A stretch of 64,000 bases of DNA from an uncultured Planctomycetales bacterium (lineage in GTDB: Bacteria; Omnitrophota; Gorgyraeia; Zapsychrales; JANLHA01). Shown here one piece after another: positions 26,448 to 36,926 of the stretch. Every line of letters begins with the position of its first letter. Positions within the stretch are counted from its first letter, which is position 1. The notes under the pieces were generated by a model that worked only from the letters and a program-made list of their open reading frames with translations, did no database searches and was not told the origin of the DNA. The DNA is taken from positions 7,616 through 71,615 of the forward strand of contig CAZAXH010000009.1 in NCBI GenBank assembly GCA_964489065.1. The letters run 5' to 3'. The position numbers and the translations under genes were made by a program.

Positions 26448-28310
26448 TTAATCTAAAATTCGCGAAATGTCTTCTTTTTGATATTTATCTTTATCCGGCT
26501 GATCTTCTTTCTTCAGCAAAAAATGCCCCAGGACCAAATTATCCATGTTTGTGCACATAAAACAGCGATAAGCGTCTTCCAGCGAACAGACAATCGGTTC
26601 CCCCCGGATATTAAAGGATGTGTTAATAATCACCGCGCAGCCGGTCAGGCGCTCAAACTCCCGGATAATGGCGTAAAAGACCGGGTTCGTTTCCGGAGAC
26701 ACCGTCTGGATCCGCGCGGAATAATCCACATGCGTGACCGCCGGGATATCCGACCGCAACACTTTGAGCTTTTGTATCCCCGCGCAATCACAATGCCGGC
26801 TGTCCGCTTTCACCTTGCTCTCCTGGACGTCCGCTACCAGCAGCATATACGGGCTCTTCCCGTCCAGTTGAAAATATTCCCGCGCCTTTTCCTCCAGCAC
26901 GCTCGGCGCGAACGGCCGGAACGACTCCCGGAATTTAATTTTCAAATTCAACAGTTCCTGCATGCGGGGGGACCGGGCGTCGGCGATAATGCTGCGGGCA
27001 CCCAAAGCGCGCGGGCCGAATTCCATCCGTCCGGAAAAAAGCCCCGCCACGCGCTGGTCGGCGACCAAAGCGGCCACCCGGCCGGGCAAGGCGTCCAGGC
27101 TGACGTCCTCATAGGGGATATGCCGCGCCTCCAGGAACTCCCGGATCTGCCCATCGTTGAACTCCGGGCCGAGAAACGACCCCTTCTGTGCGTCATGCGT
27201 TTCATCCGTAACCCGGGGGTTATCCAGGATCTGATACCAGACGAACAAAGCCGCGCCCAGCGCGCCGCCCGCGTCCCCGGCCGCCGGCTGAATCCAGACC
27301 TCTTTAAACGGCGTTTCCCTGAGCAAACGGCCATTACCCACGCAGTTCAGGGCCACGCCTCCGGCGAGGCACAGGGACTCACACCCGGTTTCCTTATGAA
27401 CATGCCGGGCCATTTTCAGCATAATTTCTTCCGTGACCTCCTGAATGGAGCGGGCGCAGTCCATGTCCCGCTGGGTGATTTCCGATTCCGGCCTGCGCGG
27501 AGGGCCGCCGAACAGCCGGTGAAAACGGCTGTTTGTCATGGTCAAACCGGCGCCGTAATTAAAGTAATCCATATTCAGCCGGAAAGAGCCGTCGTCTTTG
27601 ATATCAATCAGCTCCCGCCGGATTATCTCGGCATATTTTGGCTCGCCGTACGGGGCCAAACCCATGAGTTTATATTCCCCGGAATTCACCCGGAACCCGG
27701 CGTAATATGTGAAAGCCGAATACAACAACCCCAGCGAATGAGGGAAACGGATCTCCGCATCAAGTCTAATGCGCGCGCCGTCCCCCCTTCCGTAACTGGC
27801 CGTGGCCCATTCGCCCACCCCGTCCATCGTGAGGATCGCCGCCCTGCGGTAGGGCGACGGGAAAAAAGCCGCGGCGGCGTGGGATTCGTGGTGTTCGGGA
27901 AAAAAAATATCCCCCGCAAACCCGAGTTCCTGCCGGAGATAGTCTTTCATAAAAAGCTTCTGTTTAAGCCACAGCGGCATGGCTTTCAGAAACGAGCGGA
28001 TCCCCCAAGGCGCGTATGTCAGGTAAGTCATCAGAATGCGCTCGAATTTAACAAACGGTTTCTCGTAGAATGCAAGGCACGAAAGGTTTTTCACCGTGAT
28101 TCCGGCTTCCGCCAGGCAGAACCGGACGGCATGGGACGGGAAAGAAAAATCATGTTTCCTGCGGGTAAAACGCTCTTCCTGGGCCGCGGCGATAATTTCA
28201 CCGTTCTTCACCAGGCAAGCGGCGCTGTCGTGATAAAAAGCGGAAATACCCAAAATAAAAACATCTTTTTCTGCAGGCATATCGACTAAAATAACAAGGC
28301 CAGAATCCAA
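26448..28310 (-). CDS. NodU/CmcH-family carbamoyltransferase
   Basis: 620 aa. N-terminal ILGISAFYHDSAACLVKNGEIIAAAQEERFTRRKHDFSFP is the ASKHA-like start of the NodU/CmcH family. YRDM-like C-domain motifs appear later. Confidence 0.8.
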   Translation of the reverse strand: MDSGLVILVDMPAEKDVFILGISAFYHDSAACLVKNGEIIAAAQEERFTRRKHDFSFPSHAVRFCLAEAGITVKNLSCLAFYEKPFVKFERILMTYLTYAPWGIRSFLKAMPLWLKQKLFMKDYLRQELGFAGDIFFPEHHESHAAAAFFPSPYRRAAILTMDGVGEWATASYGRGDGARIRLDAEIRFPHSLGLLYSAFTYYAGFRVNSGEYKLMGLAPYGEPKYAEIIRRELIDIKDDGSFRLNMDYFNYGAGLTMTNSRFHRLFGGPPRRPESEITQRDMDCARSIQEVTEEIMLKMARHVHKETGCESLCLAGGVALNCVGNGRLLRETPFKEVWIQPAAGDAGGALGAALFVWYQILDNPRVTDETHDAQKGSFLGPEFNDGQIREFLEARHIPYEDVSLDALPGRVAALVADQRVAGLFSGRMEFGPRALGARSIIADARSPRMQELLNLKIKFRESFRPFAPSVLEEKAREYFQLDGKSPYMLLVADVQESKVKADSRHCDCAGIQKLKVLRSDIPAVTHVDYSARIQTVSPETNPVFYAIIREFERLTGCAVIINTSFNIRGEPIVCSLEDAYRCFMCTNMDNLVLGHFLLKKEDQPDKDKYQKEDISRILD

Positions 28311-28313
28311 CGT

Positions 28314-29882
28314 TCAGATGGATTGAAGTTCGGACATCTCTTTTAAAACCGTCATGGACGGGCTGTCTTCGCTCTCCAAAAGGCGCCTTTTTAACGGAGT
28401 CGCCAACATCCGTAAAATATGGGCCTTTGTTTCCGCGCCGAATCGGCTTTCAATCATTTGCAGATACTCCGGCCGGCTGTGATAACGGACGAAGGCTTCG
28501 TCCCGGAACCGCAAGACGTCCCGGGCGGGAACGTGTTTCGTCGGCATCGGGCAGCATTCGTACCCGTAAAGAGAATATCCCGTCCAGGTTTCCGGCTCTT
28601 CAATATAATCATATAATTTCGTCCCCGGATAAGGGAACACCGGATACATATTGACCCACTCAAAATTATACCGCAATAGAAACGCGTACGTGCGCTGCAT
28701 GGACGCGATATCCTCTTCCCAGAGCCCGAACATCACGTCCGCGCAGATATTCACGCCTTCGTCCTGCGTCATGCGGATGACCTGGTCGACATCGGGCGTT
28801 CGGCAGCCTTTTTCCGCCTGCAGGAGAATTTCGTTCGTCGCTGATTCAAACCCGTAAGAAATCCAGTTCAAACCCACTTCCTTCAGGCGGCGCAGGAGCC
28901 GGCGGTTGATCGTGTCAACCCGGGAATAGGCCCACATGTTAAGGTCGTATTTCTTCGCTTCCAGCTTATCGCAGAATTCCTCAATCCGTTTGGGCTTCAC
29001 CACAAAAAGCTCATCCAGGATTTTGATATGCCTCACACCGTAGCGTTCAACCAAAAGGCTGATCTCGTTGACCACGCTGTCCACGCTGCGGAACCGCTGG
29101 GTCCGCTTCCCGAACAGATTATTGATGCAACAAAAATTACATTTAAACGGGCAGCCAAAACTCGTCCAGATAATCGCATACGGGGAACGGGTGAACACGT
29201 CCCCGAAACAGTGCCAATTGTGCGCCCGGTACCGCGCCGGGTTCATGGTTTTCCAGTCCACGGTCGGAAGGACATCCAGGTCTTTCACTAAAGGGGCCTC
29301 TGCGGTCTGAATATAGATTTCCTCCCCTCCGCAGTCTTCGTGATAAGCCAGCCCGGGGATATCCGCCAGGGATCCCCCGCTGTGAAGGACATGATATAAA
29401 TTGACAATGGTCTCATACCCTTCGCCCCGGACAACAAAATCCGCACCGGTTTCTTTAAGCGAACGCTCCGGCAAAACCGTGGGGTGCGGCCCCCAAATAA
29501 ACATTTTAACTCCCGCCAACTCTCCTCTACGGCTGCGGACCTTCTTAAAAAATTCCACAATCCCCGCCATCGTCATTGTGGAGGAAGAAGGGTTCGCTCC
29601 CGTGCTGATGACTCCGAACAACAGGGGCTTTTCCGAAGCCACGCGGTCGATCAGTTCGTCCATCGAAATCTGATCCACGTCCGACTCAATCATGCAGCAG
29701 TCAATCTCTTTGGCTTTTACGTAAGCCACCAGAAGCCCCATCTGGATATTCGGGGCCACGGCCGAAAATTCGTCCGCGGTCGTGGAATACAACTGTTTTT
29801 TGCAATTCACCGTGGCCAGGATAATTTTATCACGCACATCCGCCCCCATTTTTGCCTTATTATAACCCAACAAACGTGACAC
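28314..29882 (-). CDS. B12-binding (class B) radical SAM enzyme
   Basis: N-terminal cobalamin-binding Rossmann domain, then radical SAM core with TSFGCPFKCNFCC (CxxxCxxC). Confidence 0.75.
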   Translation of the reverse strand: MSRLLGYNKAKMGADVRDKIILATVNCKKQLYSTTADEFSAVAPNIQMGLLVAYVKAKEIDCCMIESDVDQISMDELIDRVASEKPLLFGVISTGANPSSSTMTMAGIVEFFKKVRSRRGELAGVKMFIWGPHPTVLPERSLKETGADFVVRGEGYETIVNLYHVLHSGGSLADIPGLAYHEDCGGEEIYIQTAEAPLVKDLDVLPTVDWKTMNPARYRAHNWHCFGDVFTRSPYAIIWTSFGCPFKCNFCCINNLFGKRTQRFRSVDSVVNEISLLVERYGVRHIKILDELFVVKPKRIEEFCDKLEAKKYDLNMWAYSRVDTINRRLLRRLKEVGLNWISYGFESATNEILLQAEKGCRTPDVDQVIRMTQDEGVNICADVMFGLWEEDIASMQRTYAFLLRYNFEWVNMYPVFPYPGTKLYDYIEEPETWTGYSLYGYECCPMPTKHVPARDVLRFRDEAFVRYHSRPEYLQMIESRFGAETKAHILRMLATPLKRRLLESEDSPSMTVLKEMSELQSI

Positions 29883-29925
29883 GCCTTACGATAAAATATT
29901 TTTTTAATAGAACCAGATTCACCCC

Positions 29926-30894
29926 TCACGCCCGGACAGGATGGGCCTTATACCAGGCGATCGTTTTACGGATGCCTTCCTGAATGCCGGTCCCGGGGCT
30001 AAAGCCGATCAACTGCCGGGCCAGCCCAATATCAACAAGCCGGACAGGGATCATGCTCGGCTTAGCCGGGTCAAAAACAAGACGGGCGTTACGGAACCCG
30101 TCACACGCCAGCATCATGTTCAGCAGTTCTTTAACGCTGTGTCCCTCGCCCGAACCGATGTTCATCGCGCAATAGGAATCCATTTTCTCCATGGCGGCCA
30201 GCATCGCTTCCACAAAGTCCTGCACATAAATCAGATCTCGGACATCTTCCCCCGTCCCCCAGACTTCCAGGGGGTCATGCCGCTCCACCACCCGGCGGAC
30301 AAGGGCGGCGAACACATGAGACGTTTCAAAATAAAAATCATCATACTCCCCGTAAATGTTCGTCGGCCGCAAGACAATCGTCACCAGGGATGGATACAGC
30401 TTCTGGGAGTACATTCGACAAAGAATTTCCGTGTAACGCTTCATCCATCCCACGCCGAAATATTTCTCATAGGGCTCCCCCAGAAACATCTCCTCTTCCC
30501 GGACGGGCCTGTCCCCTGTCACAGGATACCCGGTCGAACTGCTGAGCCACAAAAATTTTTTCACCCCAGCTGTGTACGCCGCCTCCAGCAGCCGGGCGTT
30601 CATCACAATATTGGGGGTCACATGAACCAACGGGGTTTTGGAAATCACCGCCGCGCCGGACGTGCTGGCTGCGCAATGGAACACATAATCTATGTCCCGG
30701 ACCACTTGCTGGCAGTCTTCCTGACGGGTCAGGTCACCGGGGACATAATCAATCCGGACATCCTTGATCACGGGTGGACGATGATGCACAACGGCCCGGA
30801 TGCGGGCCCCTGTCCCCAGAAGCTTCAAAAGAAGATTACTGCCGACAAACCCGGTCGCGCCCGTCACCAAAACATTTTTATCCTTAAAAAACAT
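29926..30894 (-). CDS. NAD-dependent sugar-nucleotide epimerase/dehydratase (extended SDR)
   Basis: VLVTGATGFVGSNLLLKLL Rossmann motif at the N-terminus, 322 aa. Confidence 0.75.
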   Translation of the reverse strand: MFFKDKNVLVTGATGFVGSNLLLKLLGTGARIRAVVHHRPPVIKDVRIDYVPGDLTRQEDCQQVVRDIDYVFHCAASTSGAAVISKTPLVHVTPNIVMNARLLEAAYTAGVKKFLWLSSSTGYPVTGDRPVREEEMFLGEPYEKYFGVGWMKRYTEILCRMYSQKLYPSLVTIVLRPTNIYGEYDDFYFETSHVFAALVRRVVERHDPLEVWGTGEDVRDLIYVQDFVEAMLAAMEKMDSYCAMNIGSGEGHSVKELLNMMLACDGFRNARLVFDPAKPSMIPVRLVDIGLARQLIGFSPGTGIQEGIRKTIAWYKAHPVRA

Positions 30895-30895
30895 G

Positions 30896-31621
30896 CTACG
30901 CTGTTCTCCGGAAAAATTCTGTAAAAATCATGCCCAGCTCGCTGACCCCGTTTTTAAGCGGATGCATTTTACGCACACCGCCGATGCGCGGGGGCTCATC
31001 ACCGGGGATTTCCCCTATCCGTACTTTCTTTCTGGCCGCCCTCGCCAGGATTTGTGTCCCCCAGGACACCACTTCCGCGCTCACACCCAATTTCTTGACG
31101 ATATCCCGCCGGTACGCCCGGTACATGACAAGAGCGTCGGTGATGCGCAATCCGAAACAAAAATTGATGAGCCGGGTAAACATCCAGTTTCCGAATGCGG
31201 TCACGAAATCGTCGTCCTCGCTCCGGGCGCCATCGCGATAACGGGACACGATGACAATATCATAGCCTTCTTTCATCTTGGCGATCAGTTCGGGTATCTT
31301 TTCCGGGATAGAGTTCCCGTCAGGGCTGAACACGATTACAATATCCCCTGTCGCCCGGTTCAGCGCCTCCAGAAACGCCGCTCCCGCGCCTTTCCTTTCC
31401 TGCACAAAAACGTTGTAACCGTGCTCCCGCGCGTACTCAAGGGTGCCGTCCACCGATCCGCCGTCCACGATCAAAAGCTGGTCAACCCATTCCGGTTTAA
31501 TCCGCGGCATAATAACTTTCATACCGTCGATCTCATTGAGGCTGAAAACAATCAGCGTGACGGTTTCGGCCCGGAGGGGCCCTGCTAGGCCCTTTTTTTT
31601 ATCCTGGCTTTCTTTTTTCAT
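30896..31621 (-). CDS. family 2 glycosyltransferase (DPM1/polyprenyl-phosphate sugar synthase-like)
   Basis: VIMPRIKPEW...LIVDGGSVDGT...IVIVFSPDGN...VSRYRDG GT-A motifs in 241 aa. Confidence 0.7.
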   Translation of the reverse strand: MKKESQDKKKGLAGPLRAETVTLIVFSLNEIDGMKVIMPRIKPEWVDQLLIVDGGSVDGTLEYAREHGYNVFVQERKGAGAAFLEALNRATGDIVIVFSPDGNSIPEKIPELIAKMKEGYDIVIVSRYRDGARSEDDDFVTAFGNWMFTRLINFCFGLRITDALVMYRAYRRDIVKKLGVSAEVVSWGTQILARAARKKVRIGEIPGDEPPRIGGVRKMHPLKNGVSELGMIFTEFFRRTA

Positions 31622-31693
31622 AAATATTCTCTAAAAATTATCTACCACGGGAACCTGCGGCTTACGTATCAAGAAAGGGGCAACAAACCGTCC

Positions 31694-32479
31694 TCAGATC
31701 ATGCTTTTGCCTTGCCCGCCGTCAACCGGGATTGACGCGCCGTTCAGCAGGCTGGCGGGCCCAGAACAGACAAACGTCACCACGGAGGCCACTTCTTCCG
31801 GCGTGCCAAAGCGGCCCAGAGGCAGCTCGCGCTGAATAAAATCTTCCGTCTCCCGGGTCCTCTCCTTTTGTTCTTTCTCCCATCCCGTCCCAGGGATCAT
31901 GATGGCCCCGGGCGCAATGCTGTTAAAAGTGATCCCGTCCTGCGCCAACGAACAATTTTTCGCCATCGCTTTCATGAAGCTTGTCTGCGCGCTTTTCGCC
32001 ATACAAAACCACGGCCTCCCGCCGGATTCCCGCCCGTAAATAGAGGTGATCGTGACCACGCGTCCCCATTTCTGTTTGCGCATGAAAGGGATCGCCATCC
32101 GGGTCAAACGGATGGCAGACACGACATTTTTCTCGTAAACCTCCCTCCAGACGGACTCCTCGGTCTCTTCATAAATCTCCCGGCCCCAGCGCCCGCCTCC
32201 TCCGACATTGTTGACCAGGATATGAACCGTTCCCCAGCGCTGGGTCACGGCGTCCATGAACCGGGCGAGGTCCTCCTGGTGTGTGACGTCCGCCTGCTGG
32301 CACAAAAAATCCGCCTGGCTCTCTTTCAGTTCCCTTTCCATAGCCGTGACGCGCTCTGGAGTGCGGGAACACACGGCCACCCGGCACCCTTCCCCGGACA
32401 AAGACAAGGCGATCGCCCGGCCAATCCCGTGCGTCCCTCCGGATATAACGGCAACTTTATCTTTTAACTGCAGGTCCAT
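31694..32479 (-). CDS. short-chain dehydrogenase/reductase (FabG-like)
   Basis: KVAVISGGTHGIGRAIALSL...NNVG; catalytic YxxxK region present. Confidence 0.75.
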   Translation of the reverse strand: MDLQLKDKVAVISGGTHGIGRAIALSLSGEGCRVAVCSRTPERVTAMERELKESQADFLCQQADVTHQEDLARFMDAVTQRWGTVHILVNNVGGGGRWGREIYEETEESVWREVYEKNVVSAIRLTRMAIPFMRKQKWGRVVTITSIYGRESGGRPWFCMAKSAQTSFMKAMAKNCSLAQDGITFNSIAPGAIMIPGTGWEKEQKERTRETEDFIQRELPLGRFGTPEEVASVVTFVCSGPASLLNGASIPVDGGQGKSMI

Positions 32480-32500
32480 TTTTCTCCCGTTCCTTCTGAA

Positions 32501-33469
32501 TCACGTGTTTCTCGTCCAGGCTAATATTCTTTCCGCCACGCTCCGCGCGTCCATCTGATAATGCCGATGAATGTGCTCCCGACCGCAGAATTCACGGCAG
32601 TCCCCGTCCGGCCAGGCCATCCTAAAAAAAGGAACCCGGCATCCCGCATCCGCGCACACTTCGATTAAAGAAGTCCCCAGCCCGCCAATCCGGGAGTTCT
32701 CTTCCAAAGACACAATCCGGGGAGAATGAAGCATTACGTCCAGCAAGGCCTGTTCATTCAGCGGCTTGAGGCGGTAAACATCAAAAACGCCGACGGAAAG
32801 CCCGACACGGGATAAAATTTCCTTCGCCGCGATGGCCTGGTGAACCATAAGGCCGGTCGCCAGGATCGAAAGGTCTTTTCCCGCCCGGAGCTGCGCGAGC
32901 CCCTCCCGAAAACCTCCGGCGGCTTCTTCATAAAGCACCGGCAGGCAGCCTTTCTCCAGCCGGATATACACCGGGCCCAGGTGTTCATACGCAAGGCGAA
33001 CACTCGCCTGGGTCAGGAGCGCGTCAGAAGGGTTGTAAATCGTCATGCCCGGTAACGTCCGCATCACCGCGATATCATGCAGAGCGTGGTGCGTCGGCCC
33101 GTCCCCGCCGTACATAACCCCGGCGCCGATCCCCACCACTTTGACCGGGAGGTTCATGCAGCAAAGGTCGATTTTAATCTGCTCAAGGCAGCGCAAAGTC
33201 ACAAACGGCACGATGCTGTAAATAAAAACCGTCTTGCCGGCCATCGCCAGCCCGGCAGCGACACTCACCATATTTTGCTCGGCGACGCCGACGTTAAAAT
33301 ACTGCTTTGGAAAATCCTGTTTAAACCGCTGAAGGCTGAACGCCCCCATATCCGCGGTCATAAAAATCACGTTTCGATCCTCGCCGGCCAAGCGGTACAG
33401 CTCGTCAAAAAATGCGTCCCGGACATCCACCCCGGCCGAAATTTTATTTTCAAGCCCTTTCGTCAACAT
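32501..33469 (-). CDS. transketolase, C-terminal (pyrimidine-binding) subunit of a split transketolase
   Basis: 322 aa with the Pyr domain and transketolase C-domain. It overlaps the N-terminal subunit gene by 7 nt. Confidence 0.8.
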   Translation of the reverse strand: MLTKGLENKISAGVDVRDAFFDELYRLAGEDRNVIFMTADMGAFSLQRFKQDFPKQYFNVGVAEQNMVSVAAGLAMAGKTVFIYSIVPFVTLRCLEQIKIDLCCMNLPVKVVGIGAGVMYGGDGPTHHALHDIAVMRTLPGMTIYNPSDALLTQASVRLAYEHLGPVYIRLEKGCLPVLYEEAAGGFREGLAQLRAGKDLSILATGLMVHQAIAAKEILSRVGLSVGVFDVYRLKPLNEQALLDVMLHSPRIVSLEENSRIGGLGTSLIEVCADAGCRVPFFRMAWPDGDCREFCGREHIHRHYQMDARSVAERILAWTRNT

Positions 33470-34299
33470 GACATCCCCTTTAACGCGTCAAACGCCCGCG
33501 CCGCCTGTTCCCCCTTCGGCACGCCGTGGTGCCATTCCAGACAACTCTCCATAAAAGGGACGCCTTTACCTTTAACGGTTTTGGCGATAATCATCAAGGG
33601 CCTTACGGACGTTCGTTCCCTGTTCCCCGTCAAAGCAGACAATAAAGAGTTAAAGTTATGTCCATCGACCTCGCTGACGTCCCACCCGAAGGCCTTCCAT
33701 TTTTCAGCCAAAGGGTCAAGCGCCGTACAATCTTCCAACCTGGCCGTGACACACATACCGTTATTATCCACGACCGCAATAAGGTTCCGGAGTTGATGCT
33801 GGGCGGCGAACATGGCAGATTCCCAGACCGCCCCTTCACAACATTCCCCGTCCCCCATAAGGACAAATGTCAGATAATCCGCGCCATCCAGCCGCGCCGC
33901 CAACGCCAGTCCGCAACCGACCCCCAGTCCGTGCCCCAGAGAACCGGTGTCCGCCTCTATCCCGGGAATGGAACGGTCCGGATGCCCACCCAGGATACAG
34001 CCGGGCTGCTGGTATCGCATCAGTTCCGTTTGCGGGAAAAAACCCTGATCAGCGAGAATACAATAAAGCGCTTCGCAGGAATGCCCCTTGCTTAAAATAA
34101 ACCGGTCCCGGCCGGGCCAATCCGGCTGATGAGGGTTAAGCCGCAACACCCCGCCGTAATAAAGCGCGACCAAAATATCCGTGCAGGAAAACGCCCCGCC
34201 GATGTGGCCTTTGCCGGCGCGCGCAATCATCTCAAGCGTCTGAATCCGGACATCCATGGCTTTTCGGGACAAGAATAAAATAGTGCTATCCGTCGGCAT
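33463..34299 (-). CDS. transketolase, N-terminal (ThDP-binding) subunit of a split transketolase
   Basis: GHIGGAFSCTDILVALYYG and GDGECCEGAVWESAMFAAQHQLRNLIAVVDNNG (the GDG...NN ThDP motif). Confidence 0.8.
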   Translation of the reverse strand: MPTDSTILFLSRKAMDVRIQTLEMIARAGKGHIGGAFSCTDILVALYYGGVLRLNPHQPDWPGRDRFILSKGHSCEALYCILADQGFFPQTELMRYQQPGCILGGHPDRSIPGIEADTGSLGHGLGVGCGLALAARLDGADYLTFVLMGDGECCEGAVWESAMFAAQHQLRNLIAVVDNNGMCVTARLEDCTALDPLAEKWKAFGWDVSEVDGHNFNSLLSALTGNRERTSVRPLMIIAKTVKGKGVPFMESCLEWHHGVPKGEQAARAFDALKGMSC

Positions 34300-35815
34300 G
34301 CTCGTGCTTTCTCTTAAAAGAAATTTTTATATTCCGTAAAATCCGGGCCAGCACGCCTTCCAACTTCGTGGTCGTTCTTCCATGAAAGGCGTTGCACGCC
34401 AGACGCCATACCCGCCGGGGATGGGTTAAAAGCATCAGACTGTAGAAATGGCTTAGCAGCGCGAATCTCATCACGCTCAATGTGCGCGGGCCGAAATGCT
34501 CCGACCAGGACACGGCTTTGCTGAGGTCGGCGTAGCCGAATAAGTTCAGAAAATAATCATCGGATAATATCAATTTCTTCCGCCGCAAAAAATCATTGAA
34601 CAATTCCGAGCCGGGGTAAGGGATAAACGGAAACACATTGAGCTCCTGTAACCCCGTCAACGCCAAACGCGACACCATCCGGAACGTTTGGAAAAAAGCC
34701 TTCCAGCCTTCCTGGGGTAACCCGATAATGATGTTCGTACTCAAGTTCATCCCCACCTCAAGGCCATCCCGAATCAGTTGAAACATCTTTTCCGGATCGA
34801 TCTTCTTACGGACGCTTTCTAAAACATCCCGGGAGCCCGATTCCATGGCAAAGTCCAGATCCCGGCAACCGGCCTGCCGCATCCGTTCCAGCACAAAACG
34901 GTCAACCGCCTCGGTGCGCAGCGTGGGCAGCTGCCAAGTCACCCTGATTTTACGCTGTATTATTTCCTCACACAAGCCTATTATATTTTCTTTTTTGATG
35001 ACAGCCGTCAAATCGGAAAACACAAAATTGTCCGCATGATATTCCTTTATACAATGCTCCATCTCATCCACGATGTCCCGCGCGTTCCGGGGGACCCACG
35101 GACGGCCCCACATATGCGTGTTGGAACAAAAGGTACATTGGTAGGGACAGCCGCGCGTGGCCAGGATCGGGATCGTCCGCCCTCTCCGGATATGATAGGT
35201 ATACCCACGGGATAAATAATTCTCCAAAGGCACCAGGTCCCATGCCGGCCAGGGCAGGGCATCAATATCATGGATCCTCGGCGCGCGGGGTGTCTGGCGA
35301 AGCGCTCCCCCTTGAGGAAGGCGGATGACCAGACCGGCAACTTCGGTAAGAGGCGTCTTTTGTTGGAGCGCCTGTAAAAATTGTTCCGCCACCCTTTCCC
35401 CTTCGCCCACGACGCAAATATCCAAAGCCGGGCAATCCTTGAGGCAATACTCGGGCAGCGCGCTCACGTGTTCCCCACCGGCAAAAAACACGCTTCCGGG
35501 GTGCCACTCCCGCACCTGGCCTATCAATTCCCGATGGAAAGGCCAATCCTGGGAAAACATGCAGGTAAAACCAAATACATCCGAAGGTTTAAGCCGGGTA
35601 CGCAGCGCAGAAACGGGCATTCCGTGCCGGATAAAGGATCCCCGGACGATCTCGGCCCGGGAAATATCTTCCCCGCACATGTCAACGATGTCTACGTCAT
35701 GGCCGGCCATGCGCAAGGCAGCCCCGAGATAAACAACGCCTAAATAAGGGACAAGTTGCGCGCCCATGAACCCCCGGCTGCTGTAAGCAGGGGGACGGAT
35801 AAGGGTTACTTTCAT
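34286..35815 (-). CDS. B12-binding (class B) radical SAM enzyme
   Basis: N-terminal B12-binding domain (MKVTLIRPPAY...DIVDM), then ATRGCPYQCTFCSN CxxxCxxC. Confidence 0.75.
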   Translation of the reverse strand: MKVTLIRPPAYSSRGFMGAQLVPYLGVVYLGAALRMAGHDVDIVDMCGEDISRAEIVRGSFIRHGMPVSALRTRLKPSDVFGFTCMFSQDWPFHRELIGQVREWHPGSVFFAGGEHVSALPEYCLKDCPALDICVVGEGERVAEQFLQALQQKTPLTEVAGLVIRLPQGGALRQTPRAPRIHDIDALPWPAWDLVPLENYLSRGYTYHIRRGRTIPILATRGCPYQCTFCSNTHMWGRPWVPRNARDIVDEMEHCIKEYHADNFVFSDLTAVIKKENIIGLCEEIIQRKIRVTWQLPTLRTEAVDRFVLERMRQAGCRDLDFAMESGSRDVLESVRKKIDPEKMFQLIRDGLEVGMNLSTNIIIGLPQEGWKAFFQTFRMVSRLALTGLQELNVFPFIPYPGSELFNDFLRRKKLILSDDYFLNLFGYADLSKAVSWSEHFGPRTLSVMRFALLSHFYSLMLLTHPRRVWRLACNAFHGRTTTKLEGVLARILRNIKISFKRKHEHADG

Positions 35816-35822
35816 AGTGACG

Positions 35823-36860
35823 TCATGTTTTTAAATCTTCCGTGCTACAACAGCTGGTTCCTTTATTTTTCTTGTAAATCGGATGGGCCCACATGCTGGA
35901 GATGAGGTAACGAAGGCCTTTGTCCTTCACATTTCCGAAGGAATGCGGGAACGTGACGCAGAGCTGAATATCACCGTAAGGAGAGATATTAAGTATCCGC
36001 CCTCTTAACGCCTGGCACACCTTGGTTTTGCCCTTTACGGAATACGCTCCTTCAATAAACGCGAACGAAGGGTCCATATTTTCTATCACCAGCCTCTTTT
36101 CCGACTCCGACAGCTCTATCTCTTTCTTCTTGACCCATTCTCCCGAGATGATCGGGAATAATATCCTGATGCCCGCGGCCCGGAGTGATTTCGAAAATTG
36201 AATAACCGCGGTCAAAGCGCTGTCATCACGGGGGGTCGCGAAACTTTTAATCCTCCTCCGGGTGACGTATGTGGACACAATACAGGGGATGTTCTCCTCA
36301 TGGCAGCCCCGCACCGCCTCCACCGCCCGGCGGTACACCCCCGGCAGGCCGCGCAGGCAGTCATGCTCCTTTTCCTCCACGCTGTCCAGGCTGACATTAA
36401 TGCAACTGATCCCCGCGTCTTTAAGATTTTTGATCATCGGACGGCTCAAAAACCAGGCGTTGGTCGTCAAAGAGATATACAGCCCCAAACTTTCCCCGTA
36501 GCGGACCAGCTCAACGATGTCTTTGCGCAAAAGCGGCTCCCCTCCGAAATAATCCACCTTGGGGATTCCCATCGCAACAGCCTCCTCCAGGATTTTTTTG
36601 ATCTCTTCGGTCTTTAATTCCCGATTCAAGTCAGCGTCGCTGAAATAATTGGATACCGAACAATGCTTGCAGCAGCAGTTACACCGGTACGTCACGGACA
36701 ACTCGATAAGCCAGGGAATTTTTCGGCGGAATATTTGTGTTAAAACCCAGTACCGGGACATCACGTACGCTTTCCGGGGTGTCATGCGGCTTAAGCCAAC
36801 CCGGGCGTAGAGCCGCATCATCCCGAGGAAACGTTTAAAATCTTTCCATAAACTTTTCAT
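35823..36860 (-). CDS. radical SAM enzyme with C-terminal SPASM/twitch-type auxiliary cluster domain
   Basis: VTYRCNCCCKHC (CxxxCxxC), GGEPLL, and a C-terminal Cys cluster (CQALRGRILNISPYGDIQLCVTFPH...GTSCCS). The start is taken at ATG (MKSLWKD) with GAGGGA 7 nt upstream; the track start is an upstream TTG. Confidence 0.7.
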   Translation of the reverse strand: MKSLWKDFKRFLGMMRLYARVGLSRMTPRKAYVMSRYWVLTQIFRRKIPWLIELSVTYRCNCCCKHCSVSNYFSDADLNRELKTEEIKKILEEAVAMGIPKVDYFGGEPLLRKDIVELVRYGESLGLYISLTTNAWFLSRPMIKNLKDAGISCINVSLDSVEEKEHDCLRGLPGVYRRAVEAVRGCHEENIPCIVSTYVTRRRIKSFATPRDDSALTAVIQFSKSLRAAGIRILFPIISGEWVKKKEIELSESEKRLVIENMDPSFAFIEGAYSVKGKTKVCQALRGRILNISPYGDIQLCVTFPHSFGNVKDKGLRYLISSMWAHPIYKKNKGTSCCSTEDLKT

Positions 36861-36926
36861 GTTAAATCCCTCATGATAACGACGTCGATTCAAGGATATA
36901 TATAAGCTCCCATGATTTGCCCGTGT

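Noticed and set aside
26478-28289. 603-aa plus-strand ORF.
   Set aside because: Antisense to the NodU/CmcH carbamoyltransferase, which has clear family motifs. This is a typical long antisense ORF in GC-rich DNA.
29941-30924. 327-aa plus-strand ORF. Similar long plus-strand ORFs occur at 33077..33796, 41466..42326, 49516..50556 and 56733..57731.
   Set aside because: All are antisense to well-supported minus-strand genes (epimerase, transketolase, radical SAM, ThDP enzyme, radical SAM) and are Arg/Pro/Gly-rich with low complexity.
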